A stretch of 62,571 nucleotides of DNA, the filler included, from Chiloscyllium plagiosum (taxonomy: Eukaryota), in assembly GCF_004010195.1 (NCBI RefSeq). It is 4 parts of one record of this genome, joined end to end, with 100 filler letters (N's around TTAATTAATTAA, not from the genome) between each part and the next. Parts side by side here need not be neighbours in the genome. Positions count along the whole stretch, not along the records: positions 1 to 27,826 come from NC_057710.1; positions 27,927 to 42,544 come from NC_057710.1; 2 more parts are not named here. The stretch is one strand, 5' to 3'. The translations under genes and the position numbers were made by a program. The notes under the pieces are model-generated. The model searched no databases, was not told the origin of the DNA, and was given only the letters and a program-made list of their open reading frames with translations. Position 1 is the first letter of the stretch. Each line of letters opens with the position of its first letter. Below, one piece after another: positions 23,441 to 35,815 of this stretch.

Positions 23441-25101
23441 ATGACAACATAGTTACAGGAGGTCCAAACCATCCAGGAAACAAGTTTCAGTTAGGTTCAT
23501 CTCATCTGGATGAGATGGCCGCCCTGTCCTTCTAAGCACAAGTCCTGCTCCCACAGAGTTCAATGATGATGGTCCCGGACATCCTCAGTCTGTAACACCA
23601 TGCACCATGACAGTGAGATCTGTAGATGCAGGTTACATTATTCTCCCCTGCAGCCTCGGGGGATCTTCTGCTGCGACTCTCCCTGTGGAGGCTGTGCAGA
23701 AAGTGATTACCTTTTTGCTGGACTTGCTATCACATTGTGATTGCTCTCTCCTTCAACATTGTCTTTCTACCTGAAGCAATGCCACAAGGATTCCAGTCAC
23801 AGTGATGTCCGTGTCCGATGTGTGAGCAGATATCAGTCGGAAACACAAGAGAGAAGACTCCATTTCACTAATGGTACTCACGGCCATCACAATGAAGCAC
23901 CATGTTCTGCCTTGACACAGGGTCCCATGGAAGTTTCATGTCTCCATGAGAATAGTTGCCTTATTCAGATTTCTATTGTACAAGCAATTACTTTATCTTA
24001 CATTGGGAGATTGGAATTCCGCACTATGCATCTCAACAGCAATCCTCATCCCTAAAAAAGGCATCTGTGTATATCACAGATCATGTGCTTTCTTACTTAA
24101 AGTTCAGAGAGTGAATGTGACAGCTCTGAAGCATTCTAGTGATGGAATTGGAGCGGTTCAGAAATTTTTCAAGTTTTGAGTTTTCAGTTAGTGTCTTGAT
24201 TACATTTCCTTTGCTGACAAGACAAGGACACAATTCGTTCACACGATGTAATCGTCACGTTTGCTGGAGGTCATAATTTCCAAAGTACATTCTTGGATAA
24301 TGAATGTTCTGCTGATAAAGTGTAATTTAATGCTGGATGAATCACATTACCGGAACACTGGATACTTGATTGATGTAAAGTGCATCTCACAGACCTCGCA
24401 TTCAAATAAGTTTATCATGCTCAAAAAAAACAACTAACCTATTCCACCTACTCCACATCTGGTAGCAGTCATATTTTGTCATTGTTACATATTTGACTTT
24501 GGATCAAAGATGGCAAGGTTTCAACGCCAGTGAGAGACTTGCAAAGATGCAGGGGGTTTCCTCATCCTTCATGTTTCCCTTCATGATTCCTCCAGTGGTC
24601 TCTCAACCTCCTCCTTTTTACATTCAGCTTGCTATTATAACCATTAATATCTCCAATTTACACTTTGCAAATTGTCATGCCCTTGTGGGCCAGACATGTA
24701 GTGGTCAATGCAGGAATGACCTGTGAAAATCCATTGTCCTGCAATTCCCCGTCCCTTCCTATCTTCAAAAACATTCCACTCTTCCTTTATGATTTTCCCC
24801 CTTTTGTTGTAATTATTCCCTCATTGACCCAGCCCAATGAAGCCTGAACCCAGGCTTGAGTTGTCTGCTTCTTCCAGCACCTCTAGGACTGTCCTCTAAT
24901 AAACCCCTGACCATTATTCCTCAACCTCCTGGAAATGAGCATGACACAGTGCTCCTGAACTGGATATCCCTGACTGTGCATCCCCACTGATATGTCCATA
25001 GCCGCCCAACTGGTTTACCTGTAATCGATGGACTGGTTACAAATAACCTACAGGATTGATTGTGGCTCAATATCAATGGGACGTATCTCCGTACACCACA
25101 A

Positions 25102-26345
25102 TTTGATTTGATTTATTGTTGTCACATGTACCTAAGTACAGTGAAAAGTTCTGTTTTGCGAAGAGTACAAGCACGTCATAGCAAACAAAGACATGCAGAT
25201 CACAGGGTGCTTAGACAGAGTGAGACATACAAGGTTATGACTGCACACCTGAGGTGCACAAAAGCTAGATCAAAATGTGTTGCTGGAAAAGCGCAGCAGG
25301 TCAGGCTTCATCCAAGGAACAGGAGAATTGACGTTTCTTCAGGCTTTCTTCAGGCCTATGCCCGAAACGTCAATTCTCCTGCTCCTTGGATGCTGCCTGA
25401 CCTGCTGCGCTTTTCCAGCAACACATTTTCAGCTCTGATCTCCAGCATCTGCAGCCCTCACTTTCTCCTCAAAAGCTAGATCAACATTGGATTTGAAACT
25501 AGAGAGGGAAGTCCAGGATAGATTATTGGATATCATCACTCCTAGGAACTTGAAACTCTTGATTCCCTCCATCTCAGCTCTGTTGATGTAGATGGGGGTG
25601 TGGTCTCCTCCTATCTTCCTGATGTCAATGATCAATTCTTTTGCTTTGTCGACATTGAGGGAGATGTTGTTATCTTCACACCACGACACCAATCCCTCTG
25701 TCTCCTTCCTGTATTCTGACACATCATTGTTTGATATCTGGCCTACAACGATGGTGCCGTCAGCAAACGTGTAGATTGCATTTATACAAAATTTGGTTAC
25801 ACAATCGTGGGTTTACGGGGGGTACAGTAGGGGGCTGAGTACACATCCTTGTGAGACACTAATGTGAGGATTATTGTAGAGAAATTGCTGTTGTTTATCT
25901 TCACTGATTGCAGTCTGTGGGTCAGGAAGCTGAGGATCCAGTCACAGAGGATGGATCCGAGACTAGGTCTCGTTTAGAGATGAGTCTGGTAGGATTATGG
26001 TGGAGCTGTCATCGATGAGTAGGAGTCAGATGTAGGTGTCCTTGTTCTCTGGATGTTCCAGGCACGCGTGTAGGGCGAGGGAAATGGAGCTGTTCACTGG
26101 TAGGCAAAGTGCAGGGTTCGAGGCCGGCTGGAGAGTTCGAGTTGACATGGGCCATGACTAACGTCTTGAAGCACCTAATGACTGCGGAGGTCTCTGCTAC
26201 TGGGCGGTCATCATTGAAGCAGATTGCATGTGTTTTATTTGGTGCTGGGATGATGGTGGTCTTCTTGAAGTAGGTGGGGACTTCAGAATATCGCAAGGAG
26301 AGGTTGGAGATATCACCGGATATGTCCACCGGCTGGTCAGCACGG
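25102..26345 (-). mobile_element. Rex1/Babar LINE fragment (interrupted at 25274-25469)
   Basis: ADQPVDISGDISNLSL...FKKTTIIPAP...NDDRPVA; YRKETEGLVSWCEDNNISLNVDKAKELIID..FKFLGV. Confidence 0.85.
25274..25469. mobile_element. Fold-back PLE mini-element (family C), 15-bp TSD
   Basis: Inverted arms at about 25272-25346 and 25363-25429; TSD caaaagctagatcaa at 25259-25273 and 25470-25484. Confidence 0.88.
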
Positions 26346-26545
26346 GATGAGTGTACAGCTGTGACATAGCACAGTGTCATTCAGCTACATGTCCATCTGC
26401 GTAACCATTCAGTGCACCAAAATGGGACGAGCACCCTTTGCATTACAAAGCGTTGCAAGCCTCAGAAGTTACTAGCCTCAAGTAAGCGCAAAGTGATGAG
26501 TACTTAGAAATGAAACTAGGAACCATAAGATGCATCCTATTAATA

Positions 26546-27826
26546 TTTGGAGATGCCATTGCTGGATTGGAGTGTACAAAGTTAACATCACACAGCACCA
26601 GGTTATAGTCCAACACATTTATGTGGAAGCACCAGCTTTCGGAACGCTGCTCCTTCATCAGGTGATTGTGGAGAATAAGATTGTAAGACACAGAATTTAT
26701 AGCAAAAGTTTGCAGTGTGATGGAACTGAAATTATATACTGGAGAGGACCTGGATTGTTGGTTTTTTAGAATGACCATGTTGGTTTCGGTTCTTTCATAT
26801 GTAAATCATAAAAACTTTTTTAAAGTTACAGTCTCAAGTGAACTTTAACAATAGGTGCCATGTTGGCCCAGATACTGCATTTAAGGTGTGAGGTACCCTG
26901 TGTGAGACTGTCTGTGCCACAATGGTCAGACTGATCCTAATCTGAAAAATGGATTTACAGAATCTTACATGGATTCATGCAGTTTTTGAGCAAAATAAAA
27001 TGTAATTCTGCAGGTACAAATTCACCCCAGCAAACTTATATGAGTATGTGTGCATGTGGATGAGTGTGTGGCGGTTGGGGGTAGGGGTGTGGGGTGGGGT
27101 TGATCTCCTCAGGAGACAGACACGTGCTGCAACTGACAGGGTACCCTTCGTTGTTCAGTATTTCCCAGGAGCTGAAAAACTACGCCATGTTCTGCGTGAC
27201 CTGCAACACATTGTCAATGAGGATGAGCACCTCACCAAGACCTTCCCCACACCTCCACTGCTCACCTTTAAACAACCGCCAAACCTCAAACAGATCATTG
27301 CTCGTAGCTAGCTGCCCGGCTCTCAGGACAACATCGACCACAACACCGTACAACCCTGTCACGGTAGGCACTGCAAGACGTGTCAGAGTGTGGACATGGA
27401 TACCACTATTACACGTGGGGACACCTCCCACCTTGTACATGGCAGGTACTCATGTGACTCAGCCAACGTTGTCTATCTTATACGTTGCAGGCAAGGATGC
27501 CCGGAGGCATGGTACATTGGGGAAACCGAGCAAAGGGTACGACAACGGATGAATGGGCACCGCACAACAATCAACAGACAGGAGGGTTCCCTCCCAGTGG
27601 GGAACACTTCAGTGGTCCAGGACATTCAGCCTCGGACCTTCGGGTGACCATCCTCAAAGGTGGACTTCGGGACAGGCAGCAGAGGAAAGTGGCCAAGCAG
27701 AGGCTGATAGCTAAGTTCGGTACCCATAGGGAAGGCCTGAACCGGGACCTTGGGCTCATGTCACATTACAGGTGATCACCATTGCACTACACACACACAC
27801 ACAGATATTCCTACACACACACACAC
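26546..27826. mobile_element. Penelope-like element: inverted terminal repeat (-, 26546-27090) followed by RT end plus GIY-YIG (+, about 27095-27775)
   Basis: RVPFVVQYFPG...FKQPPNLKQII; YSCDSANVVYLIRCRQGCPEAWYIGETEQRVRQRMNGH; EHFSGPGH...GLNRD. An inverted 5' pLTR is typical of PLEs. Confidence 0.92.
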
Positions 27827-27926
27827 NNNNNNNNNNNNNNNNNNNNNNNNNNNNNNNNNNNNNNNNNNNNTTAATTAATTAANNNNNNNNNNNNNNNNNN
27901 NNNNNNNNNNNNNNNNNNNNNNNNNN
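27827..27926. other. Artificial contig spacer N44-TTAATTAATTAA-N44
   Basis: Six-frame stop linker at 27871-27882 inside Ns. Confidence 0.97.
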
Positions 27927-28342
27927 ATGCCCCTCATAATTTTGTAAACCTCTATAAGGTCACCCCTCAGCCTCCGATGCTCCAGGGAAAACAGCACCAG
28001 TCTGTTCAACCTCTCCCTATAGCTCAGATCCTCCAACCCTGGCAACATCCTTGTAAATCATTTCTGAACCCTTTCAAGTTTTACAACATCTTTCCGATAG
28101 GAGGGAGACCAGAATTGCCCGCAATATTCCAACAGTGGCCTAACCCAATGTCCTGTACAGCCGCAACATGACCTCCCAACTCCTGTACTCAATACTCTGA
28201 CCAATAAAGGAAAGCATACCAAACGCCTTCTTCACTTTCCTATCTACCTGTGACTCCATTTTCAAGGTGCTATGAACCTCTACTCTAAGGTCTCTTCATT
28301 CTAGCAACACTCCCTAGGACCTTACCATTAAATGTATAAGTC
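27927..28342 (-). mobile_element. CR1 ORF2 fragment
   Basis: Near-identical to 4105-4510. Confidence 0.88.
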
Positions 28343-28344
28343 GC

Positions 28345-28528
28345 ATGACACTGTAATCTTTTGCAATAAATTCTGCGTCTCATGATCTTATACTCCACAA
28401 CCACATGATGAAGGAGCAGCGCTCTGATAGCTCGTGCTTCCAAATAAACCTGTTGGTCTATAACCTGGTGTTGTGTGTGTGTGTGTTTTTAACTTTGTCC
28501 ACCCCAGTCCAACACTGGCACCTCCACA
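28345..28528 (+). mobile_element. PLE terminal repeat fragment (family B), degenerate hammerhead
   Basis: cacATGATGAaggagcagcgctctGATAgctcgtg followed by aataaacctgttgg. Confidence 0.75.
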
Positions 28529-28534
28529 ACATTC

Positions 28535-28940
28535 TAAGGGGCTACCGTTGACCAGAAACTGAACTGGGATTGTTGTGTAAATGCAGTAGCTACAATCAAG
28601 TGAAACAAGAGGGCTGCTGGTGCTGGATGTTATCAAGCTTCTTCAGTGCTGTTGGGACTACATGCATCCAGGTAAGTGGAGAGTATTCCATCAGTCTCCT
28701 GACTTGTGACTTGTGGATGGTGGGCATGCTTTCAGAACCCAGAAGTTGATTTACTTGCTGCAAGATCCCTAGAGTCTGGCTTACCCATCCAGCCACACAT
28801 TTATATAGCTAACCCAGTTCACTTTCTGGTCCATGGTAACCCTCAGGTTGTTGATAGTGGGGGATTCAGCAATGGTAATGCCATTGATTATCAAGGGGTG
28901 ATGATTAGATCCTTTCCTCTTGGAGATGGTCATAGTGGCC
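28535..28940 (-). mobile_element. Old CR1/L2-group LINE fragment
   Basis: Minus-strand TIHKSQVRRLMEYSPLTWM....LKKLDNIQ, a post-RT motif. Confidence 0.65.
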
Positions 28941-30557
28941 AGAGAACATAGTGTATACTGAGTGGAAGGACATAGAAGAGGTAATGGATACCTTTGAGGG
29001 GAATGGAAGCTTTAAATGGGGAATCATGAGGTGGCACAGAGAGCATGATGGGAAAGTTGAATTGGGATGAGGCATGAACGTAACTGTCAAAAGGCTTCAG
29101 AATGCAGATAATGGCTCAGTTGGTTTTATTCCACAATGATTGTGTGGAGGCAAGGTTTGGGGAGCAGGGTCCATGCGAACTTACACCTTCTCCCAGATTG
29201 GCGAAAATGTTTGGTACTGGGAATGGGGATGAGCACTGGAATCTGGTCCTGCCAAATTTTTAAATAGTTCTATAGCCAACTTGCTTCTGTCAAAATCTGC
29301 CCATTTGCCTTTGTTCAGGAAACATGAAAAGGTACACTTTCGGCACAATTGTATAGAACTGAAAATGTTTGACACTTTCTTCCTCATGAATGATATAACT
29401 TACTGACATGAGAGATGCTAGCACTGAACAAATAATTACAGTGTTTTTTTATTTTATACACAAACATCAAGAAGCTTCCAGATCAGGTATAACACAACTG
29501 AACAGCAAACTGGTTTTACTTTACCTCATCTGGAATCTGCTTAATCTCCAAATTCATAACATAATTTGTTACTACATTGTTGTGAATTTTCCACTTCAGT
29601 CAGAAGCGATCTGTAAAGTCTTTCTGTGCTAAGTTTTAAGTTGCCAATTTGCTCTGAACTAAATTCAGATTTTGTCATGGACTCATTCCAGAACAAACTA
29701 ATTCAACTAATTTTGCAATGAACAAAGAGAGACAGCAGGCTTTCATCTTGCCAACTTGGCCAGCTATCAAATCTGGCTCCCAGAGGTTATTAGACTATGT
29801 GCACAACTCACGTAGCACCCAATTCCTTGAACTTTCGTAATTACACAAAATTGCTGCAGAAATTCTAAGATAATCGTATGAATCTCGCATAGATCCAACA
29901 TTAATCTCGTTGTTACAGCAAGAAGGTCGGAACCAATCATCAAGTTGCAGAGGTCACTTAACTGAACAAGTACAAAATAAAATAATAAATAACTGAGGAA
30001 CCAAAATGGGAGCCGAAACAGCAAGAGAAAATCAGTTTGCATATCCATTTGAAAGGACTAACAATAATAGGCTGGACTTTCTGAGGAGTGGCAATTGCAT
30101 TCAGATTGTGAATCAGTCTCTTTTTTGCCTTTACGAAAAGAGCTCCATATTTCTAACAAGGAGAATCAGGGCTCAGTCAGATAGGTGGAGCCATATTTTT
30201 AATCTAATATAGTGCAGATTTGTCAGGAGATGTAAAACTGTACTCAGCTTTCACAGCCGCAGATGTTATACTCTGGGATTGAAATGTCCACCATCACAGA
30301 CAGCCCCCACTTTGACAACCTTGTGGAAGGATAAGTGTGGAAGGTTCAGTGGGAGTGTAGGGTGCCAGGTGGACAGTGATAGGGGTGCAAGGGAGGTAGG
30401 GTGCCAAAGTGCAAGCTGGGAAGGAGGCTGGGTAAGTGGTGAGGTCATTAGGGTAGGTCAAGTTGGGCAAGAGACATCACGCATGACAAGAGGTAAGTTC
30501 CCATGGGGAGAAAGAGGTGCTGGGTCTGCTGCGGGAGGAAGGGCATCAGTTTTTTCG

Positions 30558-30878
30558 ATTAGATTCAATTAGTTTCCCTACAGTGTGGAAACAGGCCCTT
30601 TGGCCCAACAAGTCCACACCGACCCTCCGAAGAGTAACCCACCCAGACCTGTTTCCCTCTGACTAATGCACCTAACACTCTAGGCAATTTAGTATGGCCA
30701 ATTCACCTGACCTGCACATCTTTTGGACTGTGGGAGGAAACTGGAGCACCCGGAGGAAACCCACGCAGACACGCGGAGAATGTGCAAACTCCACACAGTC
30801 AGTTGCCCGAGGCTGGAATCGAACCTGGGTGTCTGGTGCTGTGAGGCAGCAGTGCTAACCACTGAGACACTGTGCCAC
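30558..30878 (-). mobile_element. HE1-like V-SINE
   Basis: tRNA head with A/B boxes, V-domain, and CR1-derived tail (gggccaaagggcctgtttccacactgtaggga). Confidence 0.9.
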
Positions 30879-31914
30879 CCCACCCATTCCTGGTGAGGGG
30901 GCCACTGTTGGGTCCCTGGGGATGGAAAGTGGGGGACTGTCCTCGTCCAGGGGGACATATGCAAGGCTTGATAGCATGGGGCTGCGGGATGATGATGGGC
31001 CCCAAATGAAGGAGGGTGGGGAGGTGTCCAGATTGGAAGCACAGAGGATGGCATCAGATTTCTGGGAAAGGTGTGGTGCAAGGTCCCAGAGTGCTGGGGT
31101 GCGGGGGGTGGTAGTGGTGGTGGTGAGTCCTGGGAGGAGAGGGGTGTGTTAGATGTGTTGGCAGAACATTTTAGGGTCCTAGGGAAGAGAGTTGGTGTAT
31201 CCTGAGAAGAGGTGGGTCAGGTAAGGATGCTGTAGTTGAAGGTGTGTGAGGTGAGGTGGGGTCACTTGGATAGTTACCCTGGAGTTACACCATGTATTCA
31301 ATAGTCTACCCTTTCCTGAGTAACTACCTGCTAACTGCAATGAAACCTTCCAAATTCTCTGATTGAAGTCAGTGCTTTCCGAGGGTTCCAAGTGAAAGGG
31401 AATTCCCCAAGTCTTCGATTTCCCAGGCAATTCCCTCAGAACTTGCTCTGTTGAGGTTTCCAAAAAGTATCAATGTACAAATTCCCATCTACAGCACAGG
31501 CCACCAGAAAATCCAGGCCAATGTCTCGTGGCTTTGAATGTCTGGGTGAAAATCCACTTGGGGGCTGCTGATCAGATTTCTCAGGGGTCAGAAACCTCAG
31601 CAGAGAAATGGAGGCAGAAGGGTCAGCTTCAGAAACTGAATCTTTTACAGCACTCCTGGGCCAGAGACAGAAACTGTGCTCCCTCTGCTCCCAAGAGGAA
31701 GCTGTCAGTTTTCACCCACTCCCTGCCCTGATCGCGAATGAACCTACACACCCCAGCCCAGCCTGACAGCAATCTGTCTCTACACCTCTCCCAATGGCTC
31801 GGGACTGACCATCTACAAAGGCCCCCAGCTTAGTCATCTTCGCACTGCCATTCCATCCCAACCTCCAAGCAGGGGGCTCACTTCCACAGCTGCCAGATAT
31901 GGAACAGATTGAAA

Positions 31915-32280
31915 AGGTGATAGAAATGGAAGTAGGCCATTTGGTCCTGCTCTACCATTCGATAAGATTTGAAGATGGCCTCAGTTCCACTTTCTTGTCT
32001 GTCCCCATAACTTTCAACTCCCTTGTAGATCAGAAATCTGTCCAACCTAACACTGAATATACTCAATGATTCTGCCCGCACAAGTCTCTGAGCAGAGAGT
32101 TCCAAAGGTTAATGACCTCTGATGGAACATAATCCTCTCCGTCTCCTCGAGGATAACCATTATTCTGAAACTGTGTACCCTGGATTTCCTCACAAGTGGA
32201 AACACCATCTCAACATCTGTGCTGTTAAGCCCACTTAGAATATGTTTCAATAAAGTCACCTCTATTTCTTCTGAACTCAA
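31915..32280 (-). mobile_element. Old CR1 3' fragment
   Basis: AESLSIFSVRLDRFLIYKGVESYGDRQ. Confidence 0.7.
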
Positions 32281-33289
32281 TTATCAAAAAGCTTTTGGTG
32301 CTCAGGTAAATGGCAACCCAACGTCACCTGCTATGCTATTTTTCAGCTGATTCTCGAATTACCCAAATGTTCCCCATCTCCCTTTAAACGACGAGGCCAA
32401 AGTATCCAGTGGGAACTGGCAATAGATCCAACATGGGTATCCAAGTCAAGTCACCAGTTTGCCATTCTGATTAGGCTTCAGGCCCTGGGAAGACTGAGTC
32501 AGCCCCAGCCTGAAAGCTGTTGATACCATTCTGATCCAATGACTGGGGTCTAACTGTAGTGGTCTGCTGAAACTTGAGCTTCTACCTCACCAACAACTAC
32601 TGATACCACTCCTGTGATTACAACTGCAATGATATAATCAAGAAGGGGAAAATGCAGACTGCTATAGGTGCGCAAGGTCAGGCTGGAGACCAGGCCCAGC
32701 AGAAAAAAGAAATATTAGCAGTAGATACCAGGATGGGAACTGTCCGGCTCCTGTAGGTCACCGTAGTTCAGCAGTAACCTGAGAGTGGTGTCAGTGAAAC
32801 CAATGGCAATGTCAACTATTGACTGGAAAGTTTAATCTCTAACAAATAATGAGATGAAATGTTGACTGTTTAACCACCTAATGAACCTGTCGGTTACTTA
32901 AATGCATTTTAGATTTTAACTTTGACCCTTCTCATCTTTTTCCTTACTCGCATCCTTCCCTTCCCTTCATTTCTCTTAATGATTCACTTTGCTCCGCGAT
33001 TTTCTCCTTCTCTCTTCCTCTCCTTCTCATCTCCCCTTGACTTCACCTTCATTTTTGGCTTTTTGTCACTTCCTTTCACGTCACCCTACGTCCTTCTTTA
33101 AATTTTCTTTCGTCTCCCCCTACCCTTATCTCTTTCTACCCTGACCTTCTTCGTTGTTCTTTTCTCTTTCACTTCACACCCATTCCCTTCCCCTACCCCT
33201 TACCAGCCCTCACCCTTCCCTCTTGCCCTCCCCACTCCATTCTAACCAGGCTGACCCCATACAACACAATGATGACAATGCTGCTTTTG

Positions 33290-33583
33290 ATTAGATTAAA
33301 TTCTCTACAGTGTGGAAACAGTCCCTTCAGCCCAACAAGTCCACACCCACCCTCGGAAGAGTAACCCACCCAGACCCATTTCCCCCTGACTAATGCACCT
33401 AACACTATGGGCAATTTAGCATGGCCAATTCACCTGGCCTGCACATCTTTGGACTGTGGGAGGAAACCCACGCAGATACGGGGAGAATGTGCAAACTCCA
33501 CACAGACAGTCACCCGAGGCTGGAATTGAACCCAGGACCCTGGTGCTGTGAGGTAGCAGTGCTAACCACTGAGCCACCGTACC
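33290..33583 (-). mobile_element. HE1-like V-SINE
   Basis: Same family as 30558-30878. Confidence 0.9.
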
Positions 33584-33648
33584 ACACATTGACTCCTTCA
33601 ATCTCACAGCAGATAACTGGTCTATACTGACATACACACATGTTATTA

Positions 33649-34200
33649 GGAGAAAGTGAGGTCTGCAGATGTTGGAGATCAGAGTTGAGAGTGGGTTGCT
33701 GGAAAAGCACAGCAGGTCAGGCAGCATCCGAGGAGCAGGAGAATCGATGTTTCGGGCAAAAGCCCTTCATCAGGAATGAGGCTTGTGAGCTGGGGGGATG
33801 GAGAGATAAATGAGAGGGGGTGGGGCTGGGGGGAAGGTAGCTGAGAGTGCAATAGGTGGATGGAGGTGGGGATAATGGTGATAGGTCAGAGAGGAGGGTG
33901 GAGTGGATAGGTGGGAAGGAAGATTGACAGGTCATGAGGGCGGTGCCGAGTTGGAAGGTTGGATCTGGAATGAGGTGGAGAGGGGGACATGAGGACATTG
34001 GTAAAATCCACGTTGATGTCGAAGGGTTGGAGGGTCCTGAGGTGGAAGATGAGGCATTCTTCCTCCAGACATCAAGTGGTTAGGGAGTGACGATGGAGGA
34101 GGCCGTGGACCTGCATGTCCTTGGCGGAATGGGAGGGGGAGCTGAAGTGTTTGGCCACAGGGTGGTGGGGTTGGTTGGTCCGAGTGTCCCGGAGATGTTG
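33649..34200 (-). mobile_element. PLE 3' part (end of GIY-YIG plus family C repeat with hammerhead)
   Basis: Minus strand RDTRTNQPHHPVAKHFSSPSHSAKDMQV...LIFHLRTLQP..INVDF; ttc-CTGATGA-agggcttttgccc-GAAA-catc at about 33744-33776. Confidence 0.88.
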
Positions 34201-34221
34201 ACAGGTAGACATAAATTCTAA

Positions 34222-34887
34222 GTTTGTGAGAAGATTCGTAGCTCGGGTGCTCGTTGTTGTGATTCTGTTCGCTGAGTTGGGAATTTGTGTTGCAGACGTT
34301 TCGTCCCCTGTCTAGGCGACATCCTCAGTGTTTGGGAGCCTCCTGTGAAGCGCTTCTGTGATCTTTCCTCCGGCATTTGTAGTGGTTTGAATCTGCCGCT
34401 TCCGGATGTCAGTTCCAGCTGTCCGCTGCAGTGGCCGGTATATTGGGTCCAGGTCAATGTGCTTATTGATTGAATCTGTGGATAAGTGCCATGCCTCTAG
34501 GAATTCCCTGGCTGTTCTCTGTTTGGCTTGTCCAAAAATGGTAGTGTTGTCCCAGTCGAACTCATGTTGCTTGTCGTCTGAGTGTGTGGCTACTAAGGAT
34601 AATATATAGGACAAGCCAAACAGAGAACAGCCAGGGAATTCCTAGAAGCATGGCACTCATCCACAGATTCAATCAACAAACACATCGACCTGGACCCAAT
34701 ATACCGACCACTGCAGCGGACAGCTGGAACTGACAACCGGAAGCGGCAGGGACAAATCACTATAAATGCCGGAGGAAACATCACAGAAGCGTTTCACAGG
34801 AGGCTCCCAAGCACTGAGGATGTCGCCTAGACAGGGGACGAAACGTCTGCAACACAAATTCCCAGCTCGGGGAACAGAACCACAGCA
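34222..34887. mobile_element. Penelope-like inverted pair (family A) with TSD
   Basis: Same architecture as 1911-2542; TSD aggtagacataaat at 34203-34216 and 34888-34901. Confidence 0.88.
34811..34850 (+). ncRNA. Minimal hammerhead motif (family A)
   Basis: gca-CTGAGGA-tgtcgcctagacaggggac-GAAA-cGTC-tgc, intact core. Confidence 0.75.
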
Positions 34888-35551
34888 AGGTAGACATAAA
34901 TGTTCTAATTTGTAATGTCTGAGTAGGGGCGAGAGGGGGAATGCTGAGAGTGGATCTGCATTGACTGAAAGGGTGGGAGCACTAGATCCAATCTCACATG
35001 CAATATTTGCAAAGCTCTGGAGAAAAAGCTGGGCAATGAAACTAATTGGATATTTCTTTGTAAAGAGCTGGCACAGAGAAATTCAAACAAATGACCACAT
35101 CCTGTTGAGTGGAACTCTGCCTTATTTTCAATTTGGGTTTGCTTCTAAAACCAGGAAATTGGACATAGTCAGCTCCACAGATTTCCCCACTGTACTGCAA
35201 TGTGTTGAACCATTGCCACACAATGCCCTCAGGAGAAACAGGATTGTTAAATGTTTAATTTGAGCAGTGTTAACGTAGCTGTTGGTGTTTTACCTTAGGT
35301 TCTCTTTTGGCTTTCCCAGGCGTACAATCACTGCAAGGTGAGAAGGTAAGGAAGCTAAAGCCATGATGGGGAAATAAACTCCTCAGCCCCCACTCCCGCT
35401 ATTTCCCAACCAGCTTGTGTGAAAGGGTCCTTCACAGTACTTTTGCTGACAGGTGACTTCTGAAATAGAGTTTAAATCAATAAGGGAATCAAGGGTCATG
35501 GGGAAAAGGCAGGAAAATGAAGTTGAGGTCTATCAGATCAGCTATGACTTC

Positions 35552-35815
35552 AGGGTGGCTCAGTGTTAGCACTGCTGCCTCACAGCGCCAGGGACCAGGG
35601 TTTGATTCCGGCCTCAAGCGACTGTCTGTGTGGAGGTTGCACATTCTCCCCGTGTCTGCGTGGGCTTCCTCCCACAGTCTAAAAGATGTGCAGGTTAGGT
35701 GGATTGGCCAGGGGGAGTGCAAGGTTACGGGGAGGGACATGGGCTGCTCTTCAGAGGGTTGGTGTAGACTTGATGGGCTGAATGGCCTGCTTTTGCACTG
35801 CAGAGGTTCTATGAT
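35552..35815 (+). mobile_element. HE1-like V-SINE
   Basis: ggtggctcagtgttagcactgctgcctcacagcgccaggg head, V-domain and CR1-type tail. Confidence 0.85.

Noticed and set aside
24500..25090. Possible Harbinger DDE transposase on the minus strand
   Set aside because: Only vague similarity; no convincing catalytic motifs in any frame.
27871..27882. TTAATTAATTAA palindrome repeated three times in the window
   Set aside because: Always embedded in exactly 44+44 Ns; an artificial six-frame-stop contig linker.
29181..29387. Minus-strand ORF with GTAAGT donor (GKWADFDRSKLAIELFKNL...) as partner exon of 29812-29961
   Set aside because: Splice phase is incompatible with the 150-nt candidate, the acceptor is weak and the peptide is unrecognised.
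30810..30878. tRNA gene
   Set aside because: tRNA-like head of an HE1 SINE that continues into the V-domain and LINE tail.
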